A stretch of 64,000 nucleotides of DNA from Endomicrobiia bacterium. Lineage in GTDB: Bacteria; Elusimicrobiota; Endomicrobiia; DTEH01. Where the stretch lies: positions 131,802 to 195,801 of the forward strand of contig JBCNUU010000001.1 in assembly GCA_039630545.1 (NCBI GenBank), in the 5' to 3' direction. Position 1 is the first letter of the stretch; every line of letters begins with the position of its first letter. A model generated the notes under the pieces. The model worked only from the letters and a program-made list of their open reading frames with translations, did not search any database and was not told where the DNA came from. Of this stretch, positions 28,649 through 37,397 are shown in pieces. Position numbers and translations under genes: made by a program.

Positions 28649-30114
28649 ATGAGATTATTATACATTTATCATATCATATATATTTAAAATTCAACAATTA
28701 CAAACTTTTAAGCAAACTATAAAAGAAGATGATTTTTAAAAACACCAAAAAGAAAGGAAATCTAAAAGTATTCCTTGCCAGTCTTTTTTAGAGCAAAAGG
28801 ACTTACCGGTATAATCAACTAAGCAAAAGAAATAGTTGCAGCAATAAAACATAATTATAATAATACTATGTTGCTTTATAGCTGTTATTCTACTGTTGAG
28901 AGTTATGCATATGCCCATAAGTGGAAATTTAGCTAAAAAAATAGTTTTTTTTGACTCTTTTTAAGAGTGATTTTTTTTTAATAATATTAAAATGACAAAA
29001 AAATATATCAAACCTCAAATTACTTCCAGGAAAGTTTTATTTCCAAATGATACATCTGTTGTTTAGTTAAATGAAGTTTACTATAAAAATGTAATCTGAA
29101 AACTTTATCATCTTTTAAGCTGCTCGATCGTTGGATTTTATTTTATTATCATGTCATTATAAGGTTTATTTTTAAAATAGATAGATTTTTAAAACGTTCG
29201 CTGATGAAGTAAATAAAAAACTGATAACTTTCATAAAAATTTTTTTCTTTCGGTTTTATGTTTTAAAATAAATAAACAGGTTGTTTTTAACATTAGTCTT
29301 CATTTTTTAAAAATGTTTAGGTTTTTCTGCAACAAGAATAAAAACGGTAGAGTATACAATTTGGTGTAGGTTTTTCCACAGGTATAATATAAGGAGCAGA
29401 CCATACTGTGTATGTGCTCTATGTACTAAAAGACACTACAACTTCAGCCCTACCTTAACCTAAATTTTTCACAAAAAGATGTGTTAGTTTTTTGAAATGA
29501 AGTTAGTTTTGAGTTGTATGCTTTTTTTGATACACGGAGTTGTGTAAAAAAATAACATGAATTACAAATCTTAACTTCTGTAACATTTAAACATCTTCAT
29601 TATTCAACATCAACAGATGTGATAAACTATACTACCACATTATTATCCTAAAGAAGATACTGCTGGTGTGTAAAAACAAAGAATTATGCAGAAAAGTTTT
29701 CTTTGTAGTTTTCTGCGAGAAAATTCTTGATTGATACGCAACCAGCAATGTTATGTTATTTGTTTGGATTCAGATACAGGTTTATTTAGAATGGTAGTTT
29801 TTCAAGATTTAGACTGAGAACTTACAACCGAGATAAAACTAACAAGTTTGGTTTATAAATTTTTACCTATCAACTTAAGCTTAATAAATCATCGTTAAAA
29901 TTAGATGAAGAAATAAAAAATTTTAAAAATAAGAAAGACTTAGAATGTTTTGGCATTAAAAAACTGCCTCGTTGTGCAGTATTTAGATACCATATTTTCA
30001 CAAAGTAGATATATGTATAAAACTTTTTATTTTTAATTTAAATAATATAAAAAACTTCAATCAAGTTTGTGTTGATTTTTTATTAAATTTATTGTATTTT
30101 TATAAATTCTGCCT

Positions 30115-30188
30115 CGGGGCGTAGCTCAGGTGGCTAGAGCACTCGTTTGGGGTGCGAGAGGTCAGCGGTTCAAGTCCGCTCGCCCCGA
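30115..30188 (+). tRNA. tRNA-Pro (anticodon GGG)
   Basis: Acceptor CGGGGCG/CGCCCCG, D-arm GCTCAGGTGGCTAGAGC, anticodon stem CTCGT/GCGAG with loop TTGGGGT (anticodon GGG, G37), T-arm AGCGGTTCAAGTCCGCT, discriminator A. The tracked ORF start at 30147 overlaps this tRNA and is rejected. Confidence 0.9.
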
Positions 30189-30203
30189 GATTATCTCAAC
30201 AGT

Positions 30204-30662
30204 ATGATAATAGCAATTGCATCGGATCATGCTGGGTATAGGATTAAGAAAGAACTGGTTGAATTATTATCAAAAGAGTACAAGATAATAGATTTTGGAA
30301 CTTTTTCAGAAGAATCGTGTGATTATCCTGACTATGTAAAAAAAGTAGTTTTGGCTATAAGAAATAAAGAAGCAGATAGAGGTATACTTTTATGTAGCAG
30401 TGGAGAAGGAGTATGTATTGTGGCCAATAAATTTAAAGGCATAATGGCTGGTTTGTGTTATTCAGAAGAAGTAGCAGGTCTTTTATCTTCTCATAACTTT
30501 ACAAATGTGATATGTTTTCCTACAAGAATAAAAAAAGAAATAACATCTGAGATGCTTTATAAGTGGGTAAAAATATGGTTGAATACTCCAAATTCAGATG
30601 AAGAAAGGCATTTAAGAAGAATAAGAAAAATTAAAGAAATTGAGGAGGAAAATTTTAAATGA
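30204..30662 (+). CDS. rpiB: Ribose-5-phosphate isomerase B
   Basis: MIIAIASDHAGY start. LLCSSGEGVCIVANK matches the RpiB/LacAB active-site Cys region. Confidence 0.85.
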   Translation: MIIAIASDHAGYRIKKELVELLSKEYKIIDFGTFSEESCDYPDYVKKVVLAIRNKEADRGILLCSSGEGVCIVANKFKGIMAGLCYSEEVAGLLSSHNFTNVICFPTRIKKEITSEMLYKWVKIWLNTPNSDEERHLRRIRKIKEIEEENFK

Positions 30663-31063
30663 AATATTTTTCTGTGATTTTTTTGCTGTCTTTTACGACT
30701 TGTCAAGTATTGTATTCTCAAGTTCATAAGACTATAGACGAAGCAATAGATTTAATAAATAAAAATAAATATGATGAAGCAATAGAAATTTTAGAAACAA
30801 ATGGCAAAGAAAACGATATTCTTATAGCTATAGCTTACTTAGGAAAAAAAGATTTCAAAACAGCTAAAGCTTTTGCTTTGCAGTACTGGTTTAACAATGA
30901 AAATGATGTGTTAGCTAACTATGTTCTTGCTTTAATTTCAGAAGAACTTAAAGAGTATAATCTTGCTTTAATGTACTGGTCTGCAGTTTTAAAAAACGCA
31001 AAAGTACCTGTTCTAAAACAGCTTGCAAAAAAGCACATAGAAGTACTCAATAAATTAAAATGA
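30659..31063 (+). CDS. Small secreted TPR-like protein
   Basis: Signal peptide plus helical-repeat composition. ATGA coupling to rpiB. Confidence 0.45.
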   Translation: MKYFSVIFLLSFTTCQVLYSQVHKTIDEAIDLINKNKYDEAIEILETNGKENDILIAIAYLGKKDFKTAKAFALQYWFNNENDVLANYVLALISEELKEYNLALMYWSAVLKNAKVPVLKQLAKKHIEVLNKLK

Positions 31064-31626
31064 AAAAATCGAAATTCTATTTTATGTTTTCTATCCTTGC
31101 TATCCAGTGTTGTGTAACTCCAAAGGGGGTTTTCCATAAAGATTTTGACATAGACAAACTTACAACGATATTTGTAGAAGAATTCAAGCCCTACAATGGT
31201 TATCCTTCCAGCGGAGAAATGATAAGAGATTTAATAATTCAACATCTTTTAAGAAGAAAATTTGTAGTAAAAGATTTAAATACAGAAGATGTAAAGTATA
31301 TATTGTCAGGTTCTGTAACCAAGTTTTATCCTGAAAAAAGATATTTAGTTTACATTGGAGAGGAAGGTAAAGATAACATAATAGTAGGAAGCACATTAAC
31401 AGAAATAAGTGGAAGTTATGTTTATAAAATTTCATCTGCGTTTGGCCTTAAAAATGCAGAGATAGTAGCAACTAACTCAGTAGTAGGAGTGTCAGCAAAA
31501 CTTATAGAAAAAGATACAGGTAAAATTTTATGGAGCAGTTCTTTTACATACGAAGCTTTAACTGTAGAAACCGCAGCAGATGTTGTAGTTAACTATTTAG
31601 TTACATCTTTAACTGGCAAAAAATAA
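31060..31626 (+). CDS. Putative lipoprotein
   Basis: N-terminal signal with a Cys near the cleavage region (ILAIQCC); beta-rich body. Coupled to the upstream gene. Confidence 0.45.
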   Translation: MKKSKFYFMFSILAIQCCVTPKGVFHKDFDIDKLTTIFVEEFKPYNGYPSSGEMIRDLIIQHLLRRKFVVKDLNTEDVKYILSGSVTKFYPEKRYLVYIGEEGKDNIIVGSTLTEISGSYVYKISSAFGLKNAEIVATNSVVGVSAKLIEKDTGKILWSSSFTYEALTVETAADVVVNYLVTSLTGKK

Positions 31627-31638
31627 CATAGATATTAA

Positions 31639-32271
31639 ATGGAGATTGCTAAATTTATAGAATACACTAATTTAAAGCCATACGCTACAGAAAAAGACAT
31701 AATAAAACTTTGTAAAGAAGCTATAAGATATGGATTTTTTGGAGTATGTGTTAATCCTGTATATGTGAAATTGTGTAAAGAAATCCTTAAAAACACCAAT
31801 GTTAGAATATGTAGTGTGGTGGGGTTTCCTTTGGGTTGTAATACTACAAAAGTGAAGGTGTTGGAATCCCAGCAGGTAATTTGTGATGGTGCTGATGAGA
31901 TAGATATGGTAATAAACCTTAGTGCTTTAAAATCAGGTAATTATGAAGAAGTTTACAAAGACATAAGCTTTGTAAGGAAAGCTACTGAAGGAAAAATACT
32001 GAAAGTGATATTAGAAGTTTGTTACCTTACTAAAAAAGAAAAGGTTATAGCAGTTGAAATAGCAAAAAAGGCAAAAGCAGATTTTATAAAAACTTCAACA
32101 GGATTTGGAACAAGCGGAGCAAATGTAGAAGATATTAAATTAATTAAATCCATAGTAAAAGAAAACATAGGAATAAAAGCAGCAGGGGGAATAAAAGATA
32201 AAAATACAGCTTTAAAAATGATAAAAGCAGGAGCAGATCGTATAGGAACTTCATCTTTAATTAAGGACTGA
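31639..32271 (+). CDS. deoC: Deoxyribose-phosphate aldolase
   Basis: GADEIDMVIN and the Schiff-base Lys context FIKTSTGFG. Confidence 0.85.
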   Translation: MEIAKFIEYTNLKPYATEKDIIKLCKEAIRYGFFGVCVNPVYVKLCKEILKNTNVRICSVVGFPLGCNTTKVKVLESQQVICDGADEIDMVINLSALKSGNYEEVYKDISFVRKATEGKILKVILEVCYLTKKEKVIAVEIAKKAKADFIKTSTGFGTSGANVEDIKLIKSIVKENIGIKAAGGIKDKNTALKMIKAGADRIGTSSLIKD

Positions 32272-32425
32272 ATTATTTATGATCCATAAATGGGAGATAA
32301 AATCATTTAAAGAAGCTAATAAGGTAGAATATAGAATAAGATTAAAAGCACAGGAAGAAGATTTAGTAGAACTTAAAAATTTTCTTAGAGAAAACAAAAT
32401 ATAAATCTCAAAAGAATTTTCTTCT

Positions 32426-33712
32426 TTGAGCACAGAGTTTAATTATGTGTTATATGTAAGCAAAGTAGCTCAAGAAAAAATAAGTAAATTATCACTATTG
32501 CTTAAAAATCTATGTAATGATGGTAGTTTTATAGATATAGAGGAAGCTTCTGTTAAAGATGATGATGGTTTAAAATATCTCTATGAGATTTTAAGAGGTA
32601 TGTATGAATTGCCGATAGTAGGACAGCAGAAAGAGTTAAAAGAGGAATATTATGATATTCTAAAAGAGGCAAGTAAAATGATTTCTTCGGTTACAGATTT
32701 TAGTCAGCTCATAAAGATACTTTTTAAAATTTCGCATCAATTAAACTATGACAAAACAGTTATACTTCTTAGAGACGAAGATATGTTTAGTTTTGTTGAT
32801 GGATATGGAATAGACAAAAGCATTGCTGGTTTATATAAGTTAGATTTGAGCGTTGGGGAGATGATAAAAGATTTAGGAAGGATTGTCCCCAAAGAAAAAA
32901 TTCCTATAGAGATTTTAAATTCACAAGAATTATTTAAGATATTTCCAGTAGGTATAATAATTTCTTTAGTTTCTGAAAAAGAAACAGAAGGATTTATATT
33001 GTTAAATGAAAAATCTCATATTATGAAAAATTTTAAAACCGATTATGATTTATTAGAAATTATTTCTTCTCAGATTTCTTCAGTTATTAAGAATTTTCGT
33101 CTTTCTAAAGAAGCAATTACTGATCCATTAACTGGTACATATAGGTATAACTATTTTGTAAAAAGATTAAATGAAGAAATTTACAGAAGTATACTATACA
33201 AACATCCTTTAAGTTTATTGATGATAGATGTAGACAATTTTAAAACAATAAATGATACATATGGACACCAAATAGGAAATGTTGTGTTAAGAGAAATAGG
33301 TAAAGTTTTAAAAGAAAATGTTAGAATAAGTGATATAGTGTGTAGATATGGCGGTGATGAATTTGCTATAATTTTTCCAGAAACTAATATAGATGAAGCA
33401 TTGAGATCTGCAAAAATATTAAAAGACCATATAAATAACGTAGTTAAAATTACAAATGAATTAAAGCAAAAAATAGAAAGAATTGGAATAGAAATTATTC
33501 CTAAAATTATTATTTCTGATATTGAACCGAAGGTTACAGCTTCTATGGGTTTAGCTTTTATTACTGGGAAAGAAGAAAGAAAAATTACTTCAGAAGAGTT
33601 TATTAATTATGCTGATAAAGCTTTATATTTATCTAAAATAGAAGGTAAAAATAAAATAACCATATGGAATGAAGAAGAAATTATAAAATTTTTAAATGGA
33701 GAGATCTACTAA
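32426..33712 (+). CDS. Diguanylate cyclase (GAF-like sensor plus GGDEF)
   Basis: DPLTGTYRYNY, RYGGDEF, ADKALYLSKIEGKNK. Confidence 0.85.
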   Translation: MSTEFNYVLYVSKVAQEKISKLSLLLKNLCNDGSFIDIEEASVKDDDGLKYLYEILRGMYELPIVGQQKELKEEYYDILKEASKMISSVTDFSQLIKILFKISHQLNYDKTVILLRDEDMFSFVDGYGIDKSIAGLYKLDLSVGEMIKDLGRIVPKEKIPIEILNSQELFKIFPVGIIISLVSEKETEGFILLNEKSHIMKNFKTDYDLLEIISSQISSVIKNFRLSKEAITDPLTGTYRYNYFVKRLNEEIYRSILYKHPLSLLMIDVDNFKTINDTYGHQIGNVVLREIGKVLKENVRISDIVCRYGGDEFAIIFPETNIDEALRSAKILKDHINNVVKITNELKQKIERIGIEIIPKIIISDIEPKVTASMGLAFITGKEERKITSEEFINYADKALYLSKIEGKNKITIWNEEEIIKFLNGEIY

Positions 33713-33716
33713 AGCT

Positions 33717-34802
33717 ATGAAACCTGCAGATATAGACCAACTGTTACGGTTGATGGTTAAGAAAGGAATTTCTGATATTCATTTTAAAGCGAATTCTTCG
33801 CCACTAATTAGAATAAATGGTAAAATAGTATCTTCCAGATATGAAAAACTTTCTAAAGAAACAATAGAAAATATAGCATATGAACTGATGAATGAAGAAC
33901 AAAGAAAAACTTTTGAAAGAGAATACGAACTGGATTTTGCTTATTCAATAGAAGGATTCGCCAGATTTAGAATAAATGTTTATAAACAAAAAAATACAAT
34001 AGCTTTGACATTAAGAGTTATACCGTTAGAAATCAAGTCATTTAAAGAGTTAAATTTACCAGAAGAAGTGTTAATAAAACTTGCTCACGAACCACGTGGT
34101 TTGATACTTATAGCTGGTATAACAGGGTCTGGTAAGACAACCACTTTAAACTCAATGTTAAATTACATCAATGAAAATTTTGAATATAATATTATCACCA
34201 TAGAAGATCCTATAGAATATTATCACGTAGATAAAAAATCATCCATTTCACAAAGGGAAATAGGTTCCGATACTAAATCATTTAAAAATGCTCTTAAATA
34301 TGTATTAAGACAAGATCCTGATGTTGTAGTAATAGGAGAGATGCGTGATTTTGAAGCAATATCTGCAGGAATAACAGCAGCAGAGACTGGGCATCTTGTA
34401 CTTTCTACAATTCATACTATTGATGCTGTTCAGACAATTGACAGGATAATAGATAGTTATCCTCCTCATCAACAAAAGCAAGCACGTATACAACTTTCAA
34501 ATGTTTTGAAAGGAATTGTAGCACAAAGACTATGTAATTTAAAAGATGGTTCCGGAAGAATTCCAGCTGTTGAGGTGCTTATAGGAACTTCCTTCGTTAA
34601 AAAACTTATTTTAGAAAATAAAACGCAGGAAATATATAAAGCAATGGAAGCAGGAGAGTATTATATGATGAATACTTTTGACCAATCATTACTTAAACTA
34701 TACAACTCAGGTCTTATTACATTTGACGAAGCTCTGGATAAAGCTACAAATCCAGAAGATTTACAGTTAAAACTCCGTGGAATTTCTCAAACAAGAGGTT
34801 GA
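33717..34802 (+). CDS. pilT: Type IV pilus retraction ATPase PilT
   Basis: Walker A GITGSGKTT. Asp box and His box (ITIEDPIEY, GHLVLSTIHT). Strong colinearity with PilT. ATG at 33717 is preferred over 33696, which overlaps the upstream gene. Confidence 0.9.
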   Translation: MKPADIDQLLRLMVKKGISDIHFKANSSPLIRINGKIVSSRYEKLSKETIENIAYELMNEEQRKTFEREYELDFAYSIEGFARFRINVYKQKNTIALTLRVIPLEIKSFKELNLPEEVLIKLAHEPRGLILIAGITGSGKTTTLNSMLNYINENFEYNIITIEDPIEYYHVDKKSSISQREIGSDTKSFKNALKYVLRQDPDVVVIGEMRDFEAISAGITAAETGHLVLSTIHTIDAVQTIDRIIDSYPPHQQKQARIQLSNVLKGIVAQRLCNLKDGSGRIPAVEVLIGTSFVKKLILENKTQEIYKAMEAGEYYMMNTFDQSLLKLYNSGLITFDEALDKATNPEDLQLKLRGISQTRG

Positions 34803-35536
34803 TTATGCTGCAGGATAAAGACAAAAAAGTAGACGAAATACTGGAAGAATTAAAAAATGTATTAGATTCTATTACTAAAAAAACTCAGACGAATACTCAA
34901 CCATTGCAAGAAGACAGTTTCAAAAAGATAGAAGAAATGAAAAATATATTGAAATCTAAAGAAAAAGAAGAAATTAAACTTGAAGAGAAAAAAGAAGCAA
35001 CACCTACCGAGAAGGTAGACAATGTTAATAAATTAAAAACTTCGTTAACTATCTTCTCTGAAACGACTAAAGAAGAGAAAACAGAACAAAAAATATCTTC
35101 CACAGCTCCAGAGAAACCATCTACTGAAGTGATGCCTCCTGAGGAAGCTGATAAAAAAGAGGGTATTGTAATAAAAACTATGGTGCTGGTTCCATTAGCT
35201 TTACAGGATGCCAAAGATGAGTTTTTTAATAATGTTAATTCTACTTTAAAACGGGTAAGTAAAAAGAATATAGAATTTAAAGAAAGTATCTGTGTAAGTT
35301 ATAGTTCTTTAACCAAGGATATTTTTTTACAATATAGTTTAGTAGTTGAAAAAATCAGAAACAATAACATAAATGCCTTAATTTTTATAGTTAATGAAAA
35401 TACCTTAGAAGTAGAAGAGTTTATTAAAAAAATATCATCCTTTGTTATCTTAGCAAAAAGTATAACAATGAAAGAATTAAAAATGAGATCTACATATTTA
35501 GATCTTTCTATAGATTTACTTTTAACTATAAAATAA
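34799..35536 (+). CDS. Hypothetical protein: K/E-rich low-complexity N-terminal half, with a C-terminal ~120-aa domain that appears shared with the next protein
   Basis: ATGA-coupled to pilT and 1 nt from the next gene. C-terminal segment aligns by eye with the C-terminus of the downstream DnaA-like protein (VIxxxxxxP...KxNxxYK...NxNxxIxxV...EEF...KExxxxxxYLxLxxDxxL). Confidence 0.55.
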   Translation: MIMLQDKDKKVDEILEELKNVLDSITKKTQTNTQPLQEDSFKKIEEMKNILKSKEKEEIKLEEKKEATPTEKVDNVNKLKTSLTIFSETTKEEKTEQKISSTAPEKPSTEVMPPEEADKKEGIVIKTMVLVPLALQDAKDEFFNNVNSTLKRVSKKNIEFKESICVSYSSLTKDIFLQYSLVVEKIRNNNINALIFIVNENTLEVEEFIKKISSFVILAKSITMKELKMRSTYLDLSIDLLLTIK

Positions 35537-35537
35537 C

Positions 35538-37334
35538 ATGATTTCTACATGGGATTTAAAATTTTTACCAACAGATAAATATCCTAATAGGTATAGATTA
35601 AGGGTTAAGTGTTCTGCAGAAGATTTGGAAGAGTTATGTAATTTTCTTAAAGAAGACCTAAACTTAGACATATCACCTCCTTTTAATGTTTTATCTTCAA
35701 ATTATAATATAGGAATTTTTATATATGAATTACCACTAGAAACTAAAAATAAACTTGTAGATAAACTATTTTCTATTTGTAAAAGTGGTACAGTAGATGA
35801 AGGAATTTCTTCCAAAGAAGAAAATCAAGAAGAGAAATCTTCTAAAAAAGAATCTTTTCCTGACGAACTAAGCAGTGTCCTTGCCGATTTGGTTGAACAA
35901 CTAAGTTCAAAAGCAGTTGAAGAAGATAGCTCATCCAAGCAAAATATCTTCAATGGGATGCCTTTGAATCCTAAATATACTTTTGAAAATTTTGTAGTAG
36001 GTGCAAGCAATAGATTTACTCATGCTGCTGCTTTAGCAGTTGCTGAAAATCCAGGAAAAGCATACAATCCCTTATTTATATATGGTGGTGTTGGTTTAGG
36101 TAAAACACATCTTATGCAGGCAATAGGACATTATATAAAAAAGAAACGTCCATTACTAAAAGTAGTTTATATCCCATCTGATAAGTTCGTTACTCAGGTA
36201 ATAGAAGCTATCCGTTCCGGTAATATTCAAATGTTAAGGGATGCTTATATGAGGGTAGATGTATTATTAGTGGATGATGTTCAGTTTATGGCTAGTTCAG
36301 AATCTACACAAGAAGAGTTTTTTCATATTTTCAACACTTTGCATCAGTATGGAAAACAAATTGTTCTTACAAGTGACAGACCTCCCAAACTTTTATCCAC
36401 ACTTGAGGATAGATTACGTTCTAGGTTTGAATGGGGACTTATTGCAGATATAAAATCACCTTCTTTAGAAACAAGGGTAGCTATTCTTAAAAAGAAAGGA
36501 GAAGAAGAAAAGGTTAATGTTGATGATAATATTCTTTTATATATTGCATCAAAATTGAAATCAAATATAAGAGAACTTGAAGGTTTCTTAAAAAGAATAA
36601 CAGCATATGCTCATTTAAACAATGTGCCTATAAATATGGAGCTGGTTAAACAGTTAATGAGCGAACTTTTACCAGAAGAAGAACTCACAGAAGAAGAAAA
36701 AGCATTATCTGAAACAAGAAAAGAAAAAATAGAAGAAAAATCTAAAGAAGAACCCAAAGTTTCAGTAGCGCAAGAAGCTGCTTCTAAGAATAAACAAAAA
36801 GAACCTCAAACTATTTCTCTTGAAGAAATATACAGTTCAACACAACCTCCACTTCAACCTCAAACTCCACAGGTTTCTTCCGAAACAGTTGCTTCAAGAT
36901 CATCTGCACCAGATGAACAGAAATTGTATCAAGAGTATGAAGCAGAAACAAATGTAATTGAGGCTGCATTTTTCTATCCTGAAGGTAAAACTGAAGAACT
37001 TAATATAGTAAAACAAAAATTTACTGAAGTTATTAAAAAACATAATTTAAAATATAAATTGGCTACAGCTTTTGATAGACCATACATGTTAGAAAATATA
37101 AACTATAGATTATTTATAGAACTATGTAAGACAAACAAAGTAAATATATGTATAGTTATATCACCTCCGCCCAATAGTAATCTCTCTGCAGAAGAATTCT
37201 ATAATAATCTTTTACCATTAGCAGAATCAGAAGGTATTAGATTGGAATACATTAACTGGAAGGAAATAACAAAAGAATACAGATACCTAAATCTCGCCTT
37301 GGATATAGCCCTATCAAAATTTAAGATGTTTTAG
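35538..37334 (+). CDS. DnaA-paralog: canonical DnaA AAA+ domain III flanked by unrelated N- and C-terminal domains, with no DnaA domain IV (DNA-binding HTH)
   Basis: Residues about 140-370 read as DnaA domain III almost motif for motif ([56 protein letters not shown]; [45 protein letters not shown]; [29 protein letters not shown]; [18 protein letters not shown]). No RPRQIAMYL-type domain IV in any frame. No dnaN adjacent. Confidence 0.8.
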   Translation: MISTWDLKFLPTDKYPNRYRLRVKCSAEDLEELCNFLKEDLNLDISPPFNVLSSNYNIGIFIYELPLETKNKLVDKLFSICKSGTVDEGISSKEENQEEKSSKKESFPDELSSVLADLVEQLSSKAVEEDSSSKQNIFNGMPLNPKYTFENFVVGASNRFTHAAALAVAENPGKAYNPLFIYGGVGLGKTHLMQAIGHYIKKKRPLLKVVYIPSDKFVTQVIEAIRSGNIQMLRDAYMRVDVLLVDDVQFMASSESTQEEFFHIFNTLHQYGKQIVLTSDRPPKLLSTLEDRLRSRFEWGLIADIKSPSLETRVAILKKKGEEEKVNVDDNILLYIASKLKSNIRELEGFLKRITAYAHLNNVPINMELVKQLMSELLPEEELTEEEKALSETRKEKIEEKSKEEPKVSVAQEAASKNKQKEPQTISLEEIYSSTQPPLQPQTPQVSSETVASRSSAPDEQKLYQEYEAETNVIEAAFFYPEGKTEELNIVKQKFTEVIKKHNLKYKLATAFDRPYMLENINYRLFIELCKTNKVNICIVISPPPNSNLSAEEFYNNLLPLAESEGIRLEYINWKEITKEYRYLNLALDIALSKFKMF

Positions 37335-37397
37335 GCCTTTTTTTTCATTTCATAAACTATTGATTTATAATCATAAATTTCTTAAAAATTATGAATT

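Noticed and set aside
28649-30114. Possibility that the first long gap encodes RNase P RNA, tmRNA, SRP RNA or a CRISPR array
   Set aside because: No conserved motifs were found (no GGAAAGTCCGGGCTCC-type P4 region, no tmRNA tag-peptide or T-arm-like 3' end, no SRP GGAA tetraloop helix). There are no GC-rich structured islands of the kind seen at both tRNAs, and no regularly spaced direct repeats.
28649-30114. Possibility that the first gap is the chromosomal replication origin
   Set aside because: Only degenerate DnaA-box-like 9-mers (for example TGTGATAAA, TTATCCTAA) occur, at a density expected by chance in DNA of about 25% GC. There is no dnaA-dnaN nearby; the DnaA-like gene at 35538 is a paralog lacking the DNA-binding domain. 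GC-skew cannot be assessed from this window.
30147-30203. Longer rpiB start proposed by the ORF track
   Set aside because: It would overlap the tRNA-Pro gene and adds non-conserved residues. The RpiB family begins at MIIAIASDHAGY (ATG 30204).
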